Source: Pseudomonadota bacterium
GTDB lineage: Bacteria; Bdellovibrionota_B; Oligoflexia; Oligoflexales; CAIYRB01
Length of the DNA stretch: 64,000 bases
Direction: 5' to 3'
Assembly: GCA_031416315.1 (NCBI GenBank)
Contig: JANOTL010000094.1
Coordinates: 41,357 to 105,356 of the forward strand
Every line of letters starts with the position of its first letter. Positions within the stretch are counted from its first letter, which is position 1. The position numbers and the translations under genes are program-made. Of the stretch, positions 36,399 through 46,164 are shown piece after piece. The notes beneath the pieces were generated by a model. It did not search any database. It saw nothing but the letters and a program-made list of their open reading frames with translations, and was not told the DNA's origin.

Positions 36399-38189
36399 AT
36401 GACCTCTCGCATCATATCGCTGCTATGTCTCACGATTTTCTCGGCGTGCGTCGCGCAAAGACCGGCTGGATCGGCGGCGCTGCGGACGTCCGCGCCGTCT
36501 CCCGTCTCGGTCGCCCCTGTCGCATCGAAGCACCAGCTCGGCACGCAAGGCGCCGTCGCCACCGCGCACGCCCTTGCCTCGGACGCCGGCCTTCGCGTCC
36601 TGCAGCAAGGCGGCAACGCGATGGACGCGGCCATCGCCTCTTCGTTCGTGATCTCCGTGGTGCGCCCGCAGTCGACGGGCATCGGCGGCGGCGGCTTCAT
36701 GCTCTGGAGCGACGCGGCGACGGGCGAGGTGGAGGTCTTCGACTTTCGCGAGCGCGCGCCGCTTGCCGCAACCGAGACGATGTTCGTCGACGCTGCCGCG
36801 CGGGGGCTGGTGAAGCCTTCGGTCGACGGCCATCTCGCCGTCGCGACGCCGGGCCTCGTCGCCGGCCTTCACGAGGCGCACCGGCGCCACGGGAAGCTGG
36901 CGTGGGCTGCTCTCTTGCAACCTGCGATCGACGTCGCCGAGAACGGTTTTCCCGTGTATGCCGGTCTTGCCGACGCCATGAAGGAGCGCCGTGAGATCCT
37001 CGGCCGCTACGCGAGCTCGCGCGCGATCTATTTGCGCGACAGTCAGCCGCTGGCCCTCGGGGACACACTAGTGCAAGCCGATCTCGCCTGGACTCTGCGC
37101 CAGATCGCGGAGCGTGGCGCGAAGGGCTTTTATGAGGGACCGGTTCGCGAGCTTCTGCTCGCGGAGATGCGACGCGGCGGCGGCCTGGTCACGGCCGAAG
37201 ATCTCGCGATCTACCGCGTCCGCAAGCGCGCGCCGGTCGAGGGTGTCTATCGCGGCCGCCGCATCGTCTCGATGCCTCCGCCTTCGTCGGGCGGCATCGC
37301 GATTCTCGAGATGCTCAACATGCTCGCCGGCGATAATTTACCAGCGTTGGGACGCGAAACCTCCCGCGGGCTGAACCTCCTCGCCGAGACCATGCGCCGC
37401 GCCTTCGCCGATCGCGCCCGCTGGCTCGGCGACACGGATTTCGTGTTCGTCCCCGTACAGGGACTCTTGTCCCCGGCGTACGCGCAGGCTCGCCGCCGCT
37501 CGATCGATCCCGCGCGCGCCAGCCGCTCCGTCGACGTTCCGGCCGGCGAGCCGGACGGCATGCCGCTTCGCTCCCGCCGCGAGGTGCCACCGCCGCGCGA
37601 GTCGCCGTCGACGACGCATCTCAGCGTCATGGACTCCGCCGGCAACGCGGTCGCCACGACCCAAACGGTGAATTACTCCTTCGGCTCCTGCGTCGTCGCC
37701 GAAGGCACGGGTGTCGTCCTCAACGACGAGATGGACGACTTCTCCATCGAGCCAGGCGTCCCGAATGTGTTCGGCTTGGTCGGCGGCGCCTCGAACGCCG
37801 TGGCGCCGCTGAAGACCATGCTCTCGTCGATGTCGCCGACCTTCGTCTACGATTCCGACGGCAAGCTCGTGTTGGCCCTCGGCTCGCCGGGCGGCCCACG
37901 CATCATCTCGGCGACCTTGCAGACCATCCTCAACGTCGTCGACTTCGGGCTCCCCCTCCCCGAGGCCGTGGCGGCGCCGCGGATCCATCATCAATGGCAG
38001 CCCGACAAGCTCCGTGTAGAGAAGGCCCGCTTCTCGCCCACTTTGCTGGCCGCGCTGCGCGCCATGGGCCACGAGGTCGACGAGAGCGGCCCCATCGGCG
38101 ACGTGCAGGCCGTGGCGCGAAATGCCGCGACCGGCGTCCTCGAAGCCGCTTCGGATCCGCGCTCGGAAGGCGAGGCGCGGGCGTATTGA
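36399..38189 (+). CDS. ggt: Gamma-glutamyltransferase
   Basis: GGNAMDAA, GIGGGGF, TTHLSVMD nucleophile, LNDEMDDF, SSMSP, GSPGG. Confidence 0.95.
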   Translation: MTSRIISLLCLTIFSACVAQRPAGSAALRTSAPSPVSVAPVASKHQLGTQGAVATAHALASDAGLRVLQQGGNAMDAAIASSFVISVVRPQSTGIGGGGFMLWSDAATGEVEVFDFRERAPLAATETMFVDAAARGLVKPSVDGHLAVATPGLVAGLHEAHRRHGKLAWAALLQPAIDVAENGFPVYAGLADAMKERREILGRYASSRAIYLRDSQPLALGDTLVQADLAWTLRQIAERGAKGFYEGPVRELLLAEMRRGGGLVTAEDLAIYRVRKRAPVEGVYRGRRIVSMPPPSSGGIAILEMLNMLAGDNLPALGRETSRGLNLLAETMRRAFADRARWLGDTDFVFVPVQGLLSPAYAQARRRSIDPARASRSVDVPAGEPDGMPLRSRREVPPPRESPSTTHLSVMDSAGNAVATTQTVNYSFGSCVVAEGTGVVLNDEMDDFSIEPGVPNVFGLVGGASNAVAPLKTMLSSMSPTFVYDSDGKLVLALGSPGGPRIISATLQTILNVVDFGLPLPEAVAAPRIHHQWQPDKLRVEKARFSPTLLAALRAMGHEVDESGPIGDVQAVARNAATGVLEAASDPRSEGEARAY

Positions 38190-38250
38190 GCCTCCGGAAG
38201 CATCGTGACTTTTCCCGGTCCACCCCTTAGGCTGGCGCCCGGAGGACCCC

Positions 38251-39207
38251 ATGCGCGCCAAGATCCTGATTGCTCTCGCTTTGCTGCTCGCCGTCGGCTT
38301 CGGTGTCGGCGTCGCCCATTTCGCTGACCCCGACGCGACGCCCGGCAGCGCCGTCGCCTCGCGCTTGCCCGCGGACGAGGTCAAAGTCGCCACCGTCGAG
38401 GAGCTGATCAAGGCCGTTCGCTCGCACCGGACGATCCTCCTGGCAGAAGGCGACTACGTCTTCAACGACTCGAATCTGATCGGCGGCAATCCGAACGCCG
38501 TTTCCTACGCCGGTCTCTCCCCACATTACGAGGCTGCCGTCTTCCGCGATCTCGAGGACGTCGCGCTCGTCGGCCTTGGCAAAGGCGCGCGCATCCTCCA
38601 GCCCGACGGTTACAACTGGGTCCTGAGCTTCATGGACGTGAAGAAGCTCACGCTGAAGAACCTGGTCCTCGGCCACCACATCGACAAGGGTTATTGTCAA
38701 GGCGGCGTCTTACGCATTGTCGGAGGTCACGACATCCTGGTCTCGGAGGTCGACCTCTTCGGAAGCGGCACTGAGGGGCTCTCCCTCGCCGGCGTGCACG
38801 GCATGACGGTGGAGAAATCGGTGATCCGCGACTGCACCGAGAGCCTGATGTCGATCGCGGCGTCGACCGGCATCAAGTTCGTCGGCACCTCGATCCGTGA
38901 CAACAACGCCAGCCTTCGCGGCATCGCGGTCGATCATTCCCAGCTGGAATTCGTGGATTCCGACATCGTCGGCAACGTGACTGACGACGTCGCGATCGAA
39001 GGCTACGGCGAGCTGTTCGACCTCGATCCGGGCGAGTATCTTGTCGACTTCATCAAGAGCGGCCTCAGCCCGAAGTCGCCGGCGGCGCCCGCGGCGAAGA
39101 CCGTGATCCGCTACACGCGCGGCACCGTCGCCGGAAACAACTTCAAAGAAGTCACCTACGACCCCGCCGTCGTCTCTTTCACCGACACCAAATTCACGAG
39201 ACCCTGA
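38251..39207 (+). CDS. Secreted right-handed beta-helix-like protein
   Basis: Signal/anchor, TILLAEGDY, repeated short strands (GSGTEGLSL...IRDCT). Confidence 0.65.
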   Translation: MRAKILIALALLLAVGFGVGVAHFADPDATPGSAVASRLPADEVKVATVEELIKAVRSHRTILLAEGDYVFNDSNLIGGNPNAVSYAGLSPHYEAAVFRDLEDVALVGLGKGARILQPDGYNWVLSFMDVKKLTLKNLVLGHHIDKGYCQGGVLRIVGGHDILVSEVDLFGSGTEGLSLAGVHGMTVEKSVIRDCTESLMSIAASTGIKFVGTSIRDNNASLRGIAVDHSQLEFVDSDIVGNVTDDVAIEGYGELFDLDPGEYLVDFIKSGLSPKSPAAPAAKTVIRYTRGTVAGNNFKEVTYDPAVVSFTDTKFTRP

Positions 39208-39209
39208 CG

Positions 39210-39443
39210 ATGGAAATGTTCCCGCTCCGCGGCGATCACGTGACCCTAGCCCAAGCTTTGAAGGCTTTGGGCCGCGCCGGCTCGGGCGGCGAAGCCAAGG
39301 TCTTCGTCCGCGAGGGCCACGCCTCGGTCAACGGCGTCGTCGAGACCCAGCCCGGGCGCAAGCTGCGCGCCGGGGACGTTTTCTCCGTGGTCGACGGCGA
39401 TGCGAAGCTTGAATGGCAGGTCACGCCGGCGCCGACCGATTAG
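39210..39443 (+). CDS. S4-like RNA-binding protein (YaaA/YbcJ family)
   Basis: VTLAQALK..G...SGGEAK, VNG..ET..GRKL. Confidence 0.9.
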   Translation: MEMFPLRGDHVTLAQALKALGRAGSGGEAKVFVREGHASVNGVVETQPGRKLRAGDVFSVVDGDAKLEWQVTPAPTD

Positions 39444-39847
39444 GCCCCGCAACTCGCCTTGCGCCGCACCGGCACCTCGACCCGATCCTCGTAGTCCCAC
39501 AAATAGCCCGTCGCCGGGTCGATCAGAAAACCGTAAATGAAGAAGAGGTTCGCCCAGAAGGCTCGGTGCAGGCTCTTCGGCACCGCGAAGCTGGTCGCGT
39601 CGTAGCACGGGTCGATCACCTTGATCTCGATCCCCGTCCAGCTCGAGCGCCCGACCACGGTGCTCGGCAGCGAGCTGAGGTAGGACCCGTCGGCCGTGAC
39701 CACCTCGATCTTCACGCCGGTGCGCTGGTCGCCCGCTTTCGCGATCAAGGTCTGGGAGCCCTGATTGTTGAGGGTGGCGCAGCCCGCCGCGCCGAAGAGG
39801 AGGCCGATGCCGAAAGTGATCGTCCCTAGTGACTGCGCTAGCTTCAT
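39440..39847 (-). CDS. Hypothetical lipoprotein
   Basis: AAGCAT lipobox; paralog of the next gene (IDPATGYLWDY). Confidence 0.75.
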   Translation of the reverse strand: MKLAQSLGTITFGIGLLFGAAGCATLNNQGSQTLIAKAGDQRTGVKIEVVTADGSYLSSLPSTVVGRSSWTGIEIKVIDPCYDATSFAVPKSLHRAFWANLFFIYGFLIDPATGYLWDYEDRVEVPVRRKASCGA

Positions 39848-40284
39848 CGGGATTCTCCGCGACAATCTTTGAGACGCGTGACCGGTAGCACCACCATGCT
39901 CTCGTAGTTCCACAGCGAGCCGGCGATCGGATCCACCGCGAAGTAAATCAAGCCCAGCGGTTGACTGAACAAAAGCGCATGACTCCAGAGCGCGTTGCCC
40001 CAGTAAGTCGTGTCGATCGATGACGGCACTGCGTACGTCAAGGGCGCGTAGCATCGATCGACGACGCGGATCTCGACGCCGGCCCAGCTCGACTCGGCGA
40101 ACACGACGGCCGGCGTCTTCGTCGCATAGGCCCCGGTCGACGTCGACACCTCGATCGCGACCGCGTGCTCCGGATCGGCGGAGATCACGTTAATGCCCTG
40201 CGAGGCGCGATTGAGCATCGTCGCGCAGCCCGAGAGAAGTCCGAGAGCCGCAGTCAGAAGAAGGAGTCGAAAGCTTCGTTTCAT
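39844..40284 (-). CDS. Hypothetical lipoprotein
   Basis: LSGCAT lipobox; VDPIAGSLWNY. Confidence 0.75.
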   Translation of the reverse strand: MKRSFRLLLLTAALGLLSGCATMLNRASQGINVISADPEHAVAIEVSTSTGAYATKTPAVVFAESSWAGVEIRVVDRCYAPLTYAVPSSIDTTYWGNALWSHALLFSQPLGLIYFAVDPIAGSLWNYESMVVLPVTRLKDCRGESR

Positions 40285-41507
40285 GGTGTGCGCCCGATTC
40301 GCAAGATCTTGTCCCCGCTCGTACAGCTGCCGCGTCCATCGCATTCGCTCGTCGTCGCATAGAGAGCGCCGTCCGGACCCATGATCACGTCGCGCAAGCG
40401 CCCATAGCCACGCGCTCCTTGCAGATAGGTCTCGCTGATCGTCACCTTGTCCCTTTCGAGCCGGATCCGGTGCAGGTGCGGCACATCCTCGGCGAACCCG
40501 AGCACGCCGACGAAGACGTCGCCGCGCCACTCCGGGATCTCCGTGCCCGTATAGATCGCCGTGCCGCCGGGCGGCATCGGATCGGCCCAGCTCATGCTCG
40601 GCGCGACGTAACCCGGCAGGGATTCGCAGCCGTACACGATCGGCCAGCCGAGGTTCGCGCCCTTGCCGCCGACGCTGATCTCGTCGTGACCCTCGCGCGC
40701 GCCCTCCTGCGGCAGCCCGGTCGGTCCGTGGTCGGTGACGACCATCCGATCCGGCGCGATCCAGTCGAAGCCTTGCGTGTTGCGGATGCCATAAATCCAG
40801 GTGCGCGAGCCCGGAAAAGGGTTGTCGTCCGGGACACTGCCGTCGTCGTTCACGCGCAAGATCTTCCCGGCGAGGCTGAAGGGATCCTGCGCCAAGGTCG
40901 GCGTTCCGGCGTCGCCCGTGCCGACGTAGAGCTTGCCGTCGGGGCCGAAGCGCAGGCGCCCGCCGTTGTGGAACTGCAGCGCGGGAATGCCGTCGACGAT
41001 CACCTTGTCCGCCGCGGCGCTGGCGCCGTCCGCCGACAGCCGCCAGCGCTCGACGCGGTTGACCGGCAATCCTGCCGTCTCGCCCGTGTAATAGAGGTAG
41101 ATCCAGCGATTCGCCGCAAACTGCGGGTGCAAAGCCATCCCGAGGAGGCCGCCCTCGCCCGAGTCGGCGATCGGCACCGTGGCGACGGGCGCCGGCACCA
41201 GCGTGCCGTCGGCCTTGACGCGCCGAATGGCGCCCGAGCGCTCGGTGACGAGGAGGTCGCCGTCGCCCGGCCACGCGATCGCCCAAGGCGTCTTCAGTCC
41301 CGTCGCGACGACTTTCGCGGTGATGGCGACGTCGCCGGCGGGCCCGTAACCCCGGGACTCCAGTTTGCAGCTGGAGAAGAGCCCGGTTTTCTCGCAGTCC
41401 GCCGTCAGGCCGAAAGGGCCGACGCCTGCCTTGCAGCGCGGGCCGCCGATCCACTGGCAACCGGCGAGGCCCAAGAGCGAGACGAGCGCTATGCGACGGG
41501 GAAGCAT
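40281..41507 (-). CDS. PQQ-dependent glucose/sorbosone dehydrogenase family lipoprotein
   Basis: GLKTPW, GEGGLLG, HNGGRLRFGPDGKLY, YGIRN, GRLRDV. Confidence 0.92.
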   Translation of the reverse strand: MLPRRIALVSLLGLAGCQWIGGPRCKAGVGPFGLTADCEKTGLFSSCKLESRGYGPAGDVAITAKVVATGLKTPWAIAWPGDGDLLVTERSGAIRRVKADGTLVPAPVATVPIADSGEGGLLGMALHPQFAANRWIYLYYTGETAGLPVNRVERWRLSADGASAAADKVIVDGIPALQFHNGGRLRFGPDGKLYVGTGDAGTPTLAQDPFSLAGKILRVNDDGSVPDDNPFPGSRTWIYGIRNTQGFDWIAPDRMVVTDHGPTGLPQEGAREGHDEISVGGKGANLGWPIVYGCESLPGYVAPSMSWADPMPPGGTAIYTGTEIPEWRGDVFVGVLGFAEDVPHLHRIRLERDKVTISETYLQGARGYGRLRDVIMGPDGALYATTSECDGRGSCTSGDKILRIGRTP

Positions 41508-41577
41508 GAGACATCCTACCTCATTCCGGACGCCGCCGAAGCTTGCTCTGGCCCGGAATAAGCCCTATGTACGGGGG

Positions 41578-42198
41578 GTGGACTCCCCGATCGAAAAGCG
41601 CCTGCGCGCGCTGCACCGCGAGCTCGAGCGCTGCAAATCTTGTCCGAAGGTGCAAGGCCCGGTCGTGCACGGCCCGCCGCTCGCGACGAAGATCCTCCTC
41701 GTTGGCCAAGCGCCTGGTCCGCATGAAGGTAGTATCGGCCGGCCGTTCGCCTGGACCGCCGGCAAGACCATGTTCCGCTGGTTCGAGACGGCGCTCGGCA
41801 TCTCCGAGGCGGCCTTCCGCGCGCAGATCTACATGACGGCGGTCGCGCGCTGCTTTCCGGGCAAGGCCGCCGGCGGCGGCGACCGCAAGCCCAACGCCCA
41901 AGAGATCGCGGCCTGCGGCCGATTTCTCGCGCAGGAGGTCGAGATCCTGCGCCCCGAGCTCGTCATCCCCGTCGGCACCTTGGCCATCGATCAAGTGCTC
42001 GGCCGCAAGGCGCCGCTCGTCGAGACGATCGGCCATGTCTTCACGGTCGACTGGCAAGGCAACGCGGCCGACGCGATCCCGTTGCCGCACCCGAGCGGCG
42101 CCTCGCCCTGGCACAAGCTCGAGCCCGGAAAAACCCTCCTGAGCCAGGCGCTCGCGCTGATCGCGCAGCATCCGGCCGTCGTGAAAGCCTTTTGCTGA
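41578..42198 (+). CDS. Uracil-DNA glycosylase superfamily protein (family 4-like)
   Basis: CKSC, VGQAPG, RCFPG, LPHPSG. Confidence 0.88.
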   Translation: MDSPIEKRLRALHRELERCKSCPKVQGPVVHGPPLATKILLVGQAPGPHEGSIGRPFAWTAGKTMFRWFETALGISEAAFRAQIYMTAVARCFPGKAAGGGDRKPNAQEIAACGRFLAQEVEILRPELVIPVGTLAIDQVLGRKAPLVETIGHVFTVDWQGNAADAIPLPHPSGASPWHKLEPGKTLLSQALALIAQHPAVVKAFC

Positions 42199-43019
42199 TG
42201 CTCCACCTCGTCGAAAAGGGCGATCCCGCGGGAACGCCCATCCTCTTCCTCCACGGCTTCCCTGACTTCCACTACGGCTGGCGTCGTCAAGTCCCGTTCT
42301 TTGCCGGCCACGGCTACCGCGTCCTCACGCCCGACCTCCTCGGCTACGGCAAGAGCGAGAAGCCGCGTGCCCTCGACCGCTTTCGCCTGAATGCGGTCGC
42401 ACGCGAGGTCCTCGACCTGCTCGACGCGCGTGGAATCGAGACCTGTCACCTCGTCGGCCACGACTGGGGCGCCAGTCTGAGTTGGGTCCTCTTGAACGAG
42501 CATCCGGAGCGCTTTCGGACCGGCACGGTCATCTGCGTGCCGCCGCACCCGGTCTTCCAGGATTTCATCGTCCACAACCGCCACGGCCAAACTCTTCGCA
42601 GCTTCTACATGGCGCTCTTCCAGCTACCGTGGATGCCGGAGAAGCTCGTCACCGCGCGCGACGGCCGCGTTCTCGCTGGCATGCTGCGCAAGTCGAGCCG
42701 ACCGGGAACGTTCACTGACGCCGATCTCGCGCTTTATCGCGACGCGTGGCGCGAGCCCGGCGCCCCGAGGGCGATGTTCAATTGGTATCGCGCCAACATC
42801 CGCAAGCCGCCGGATCGTGCCGACGTCGACGTCAAGGTGCCGATGCTGATTCTCTGGGGCGACCGCGACTCCGCGCTCGATCACCATATGGCGGAGGCGT
42901 CGCTCGCGCATTGCCGCGATGGCCGCGTGCAGCATTTTCCGGAAGGCACGCATTGGGTGCACGCCGAGTTTCCGGAGGCGGTGAACGCGGCGATCCACGC
43001 GTTCGTCGCCGAGCAGTAG
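42198..43019 (+). CDS. Alpha/beta hydrolase (epoxide hydrolase-like)
   Basis: LHGFP, GHDWGA, NWYRA, HWVH. Confidence 0.92.
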   Translation: MLHLVEKGDPAGTPILFLHGFPDFHYGWRRQVPFFAGHGYRVLTPDLLGYGKSEKPRALDRFRLNAVAREVLDLLDARGIETCHLVGHDWGASLSWVLLNEHPERFRTGTVICVPPHPVFQDFIVHNRHGQTLRSFYMALFQLPWMPEKLVTARDGRVLAGMLRKSSRPGTFTDADLALYRDAWREPGAPRAMFNWYRANIRKPPDRADVDVKVPMLILWGDRDSALDHHMAEASLAHCRDGRVQHFPEGTHWVHAEFPEAVNAAIHAFVAEQ

Positions 43020-43182
43020 TTCCCAAGCCGAAGTCGAAGTGGACATCGACTTGTGCCTATGCGTCTCGCTTGTGCGTGCTCGTGATCTCTCACGCGAGGC
43101 CTAGCCCGTTTACGCTCACGTCCCCGTAAACGTCGACGAACCTCCACGAGCCCAAGCGCGCCGTCGCCCGAATGCACGAAAC

Positions 43183-43803
43183 CTACGTCGAGCTCCGCCG
43201 CAAAATCCCCGCCAACACTCCCACGATCTCAACTTGATCCGCCGCCACGCGACGCACGTCGAACGCCGGGTTCGACGGAATCAAATGCGCCAGATCGTCA
43301 TGGATCTGCACGCGTTTGAGAGTCACCTCGGCGCTCTCGACGCGAACGGCCGCGATCTCGTTCGGCCGGGCTTCCTTTTGAAGACGGATGATGGCCACGT
43401 CGCCGTCGGCGATCGCGTCGCCGCTCATGCTGTCGCCGCGGACGCTGACCGCCGCGAGGGAGCCGCGGCCGAACCAGTCCGGCATGAAGTCGACGTAGCT
43501 GTCCGGCATCTCGTCGACCGCGATCGGAGTGCCGGCGGCAATGGCCGAGACTAGAGGAATGCGGGAAGGCGGCGCGGGCGGAGCCAGAGCCTCGCCGCCG
43601 ATGACGGTGAGTGCCCGCCCGCCGCGACCGCTGCGCTCCACGAAGCCTTTGCTCTGCAGAGCCGCGAGATGTTGCTGTGCCGTCGGGACGATGATCCCGA
43701 ACTGAGCGGCGATCTCTCGGAGCGAGGGCGGATAGCCGCGCTCATCCACCGAGGCTTCGATGTACTCTAGGATGGCGCGTTGCTTTTGGGTCAAATCCTT
43801 CAT
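43183..43803 (-). CDS. lexA: LexA repressor
   Basis: LTQKQRAIL..I....GYPPSLREI wHTH, IAAG cleavage site, GDSM Ser, TLKR Lys. Confidence 0.93.
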   Translation of the reverse strand: MKDLTQKQRAILEYIEASVDERGYPPSLREIAAQFGIIVPTAQQHLAALQSKGFVERSGRGGRALTVIGGEALAPPAPPSRIPLVSAIAAGTPIAVDEMPDSYVDFMPDWFGRGSLAAVSVRGDSMSGDAIADGDVAIIRLQKEARPNEIAAVRVESAEVTLKRVQIHDDLAHLIPSNPAFDVRRVAADQVEIVGVLAGILRRSST

Positions 43804-43839
43804 CCATATATTTGTATGGCATCCGGATCGATTTGGCAA
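43804..43839 (-). promoter_or_regulatory. Sigma70-like lexA promoter with overlapping palindrome
   Basis: Minus strand TTGCCA-17 nt-TACAAA-7 nt-ATG; CCATAC-AAAT-ATATGG covers the -10 element. Confidence 0.6.
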
Positions 43840-43841
43840 GT

Positions 43842-44175
43842 CTATCGCGCCGCTGCGTCCAAAGCGAAGGCCGCGTTGATCACGCCGAAGTGAGAATAGG
43901 TCTGCGGGAAGTTGCCCCAAAGCTCGCCCGTCGTCGGGTCGATATCCTCGCTCAAAAGGCCGACGTCGTTCGCATGCGACAGGACGAGCTCGAAGAGTGT
44001 CCGCGCATCCTCCTCCTTGCCGATGCGGGCCAAGGCCTCGACCATCCACAAGGAGCAGATCGTGAAGGCGCTCGTCGTCTCGCCGAAGCCGTCGTCGAAC
44101 GAGTACCGTCGTAAGAGCCCCGAAGGCGTCGCCAAGCTCTTCCGGATCGCCTCGACCAACCGCGCCGCGCGCGGA
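43842..44175 (-). pseudogene. C-terminal fragment of a GH15 glucoamylase/trehalase
   Basis: FTICSLW, GLLSEDID...LWGNFPQTYSH; in-frame stop just upstream and no N-terminal part. Confidence 0.8.
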
Positions 44176-44230
44176 GATCGAGCCGCATCGCTTTGCGGCT
44201 GCGGCGCTCCTCCACTAGACTCGTCGGTCT

Positions 44231-44920
44231 ATGGTCTTCAAGCGTTGGCACTCCTTCGACGTCCGCTTCCTCTGCCTCTTCGCCGCGACGCTGGCGCTCG
44301 GCTGGGGCTTCTTCGAGCTCGCCTCCGACGTGAGCGAAGGCGACACGCAGGCCTTCGACGAGAGCATCCTCCGCTATCTGGCCGCGCTCATGACGCCGAC
44401 GGTCGTCGAGATCGCGCGTGACGTCACCGCGCTCGGCAGCTTCGTCATCCTGACGTTCTTGACGGCGTGCGTCACCGGCGGCCTCCTGCTCGCGCGCCGC
44501 TTTCGCGCGGCGCTGGGCCTCGCGACGAGCATCGCCGTGTGCGGCATTCTCAACGGGGCGCTGAAATCCCTGTATGCGCGCCCGCGTCCTTCCGTCGTGC
44601 AGCACCTCGTGCAGGCCTCCGGCGAAAGCTTTCCAAGCGGTCACTCGATGGCCGCGGCCGCCGTTTACCTGACGCTCGCGACATTCGTCGCCTCGACGGT
44701 CAAAGCGCGCCGCTTCAAGGTCGGCATCATGACGCTCGCCGTCTTCCTCACGGTCAGCGTCGGCGTGAGCCGCTGCCTTCTAGGCGTTCACTATCCGTCC
44801 GACGTCTTCGGCGGCTGGCTGGCGGGCTCCATCTTCGCCCTGATTTCCCGCCTCGTCAGCGCGAGCGTGCCGCACAAGGCGAATCCGGCCGCCACCGCGA
44901 ACGCGACGCGCGATCCGTAG
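44231..44920 (+). CDS. PAP2 family phosphatase
   Basis: K..YARPRP, SFPSGH, SRCLLGVHYPSD. Confidence 0.93.
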   Translation: MVFKRWHSFDVRFLCLFAATLALGWGFFELASDVSEGDTQAFDESILRYLAALMTPTVVEIARDVTALGSFVILTFLTACVTGGLLLARRFRAALGLATSIAVCGILNGALKSLYARPRPSVVQHLVQASGESFPSGHSMAAAAVYLTLATFVASTVKARRFKVGIMTLAVFLTVSVGVSRCLLGVHYPSDVFGGWLAGSIFALISRLVSASVPHKANPAATANATRDP

Positions 44921-46002
44921 GCCGTCATCAACCATCCGGTCAAGATGCTCGACGGCAAGGCAGCGACGCCCAGGACGAGCTGCAGCGAGCCGAAGCCGGT
45001 GCCCCGTTTCTCCGGCGGCAGGAGGTCGGCGAGCATCGCTTTCTCCGTCCCGTCGGTGAAGCCGTAGAAGGCGCCATATGCGAAGAGCGCCGCCGCGAAC
45101 CCGGTCGTCGACTCGACCAGGCCGAACGCGAGGTAGGCGCCGGCGTAGACGAGCCAGCCGAGGACCAGGATCCTGAGCCGCCCGATGCGGTCGCTCAACC
45201 TGCCGACGGGGATCGCGAGCGCTGCGGCGAGCCCGTTGAACGCGAGCATCAAGAGCAGAATCTCTTGAAAAGAGTAGCCGAGCTCGCTCGCGCGCAGGAC
45301 GAGGAACGCGTCGCTCGAGTTGCCTAAGGCGAAGATTCCCACGGCCAAGAGATAGCCGCGTGCCTCGCGCGGCACCTCCCACGCGATGTACTTCTTCGCC
45401 TTCGTCGCGCGCGTGATGCGCGGCACGGCGAAGACCAAGAGCGCCACCGAGGCGAGCCCAAAGGGGATCGCGATCATCACGCAGCGTCGAAACGTCTCCT
45501 CGTCCACGGTGCCCGGACCGACGCCGACGAGAAGGACGACGACGATTCCCGTCATCGCGCCGAGGGTGTCCAGGAACCGCGTGATGCCGAAGGCCCTGCC
45601 GCTCATGCCGACCGCGGCCGCATCCGCGACCATGGCGTCGCGCGGCGCGGAGCGCAGGCCCTTCCCCGTGCGGTCGAAGACGCGCGCGAGTCCGAAGAGG
45701 ATTGGGACGTTGATCGCCAATAGGCAGATCCGCGCCAAGGTCGACAGCGCATAGCCGCCGACCACCAGCGGCTTTCGCGACGCCATCCGGTCGGAGAGCC
45801 AGCCGGAGAATCCGCGCAAAAGGATCCCTACCGCCTCCGCCAAGCCCTCGACGACGCCGACGAAGGCGGGCGTTAGGCCGAGACTCGCCGTTAGATAGAG
45901 CGGCAAGGCGCGGGCGACGACCTCGCTCGAGCAGTCGTTGAGGAACGCGACCCAACCGAGGCGCGTCGGAATCGACGGCGAGCCTTCCGACGCGTTTTTC
46001 AT
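44791..46002 (-). CDS. MFS transporter
   Basis: D.SSE, GWLSDR, DRTGKGLRSAPRDA, GRLSDRIGR. Confidence 0.9.
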   Translation of the reverse strand: MKNASEGSPSIPTRLGWVAFLNDCSSEVVARALPLYLTASLGLTPAFVGVVEGLAEAVGILLRGFSGWLSDRMASRKPLVVGGYALSTLARICLLAINVPILFGLARVFDRTGKGLRSAPRDAMVADAAAVGMSGRAFGITRFLDTLGAMTGIVVVLLVGVGPGTVDEETFRRCVMIAIPFGLASVALLVFAVPRITRATKAKKYIAWEVPREARGYLLAVGIFALGNSSDAFLVLRASELGYSFQEILLLMLAFNGLAAALAIPVGRLSDRIGRLRILVLGWLVYAGAYLAFGLVESTTGFAAALFAYGAFYGFTDGTEKAMLADLLPPEKRGTGFGSLQLVLGVAALPSSILTGWLMTAYGSRVAFAVAAGFALCGTLALTRREIRAKMEPASQPPKTSDG

Positions 46003-46164
46003 GAGATTTTTGATACAGATTCCTGATCCGATGCGCAAGGGAAGGTAACCAGCGTCCGGACTTAAGAGAAATCGATTGAATCGATCCATCGATAAGAAAA
46101 ATCGATGGTCGCCGCGTTGAGCGCTGTCTCTTCACGCATTCGCGATCGGCTCTTTTTCCTCGCC

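Noticed and set aside
39844..41514. 556-aa ORF overlapping the PQQ dehydrogenase
   Set aside because: The real gene starts at 40284; the upstream part is an Arg-rich off-frame read
43834..43848. GG-N10-GC on the plus strand (TGGCAAGTCTATCGC)
   Set aside because: Lacks TTGC, has no nearby downstream start, and is better explained as the lexA -35 on the other strand
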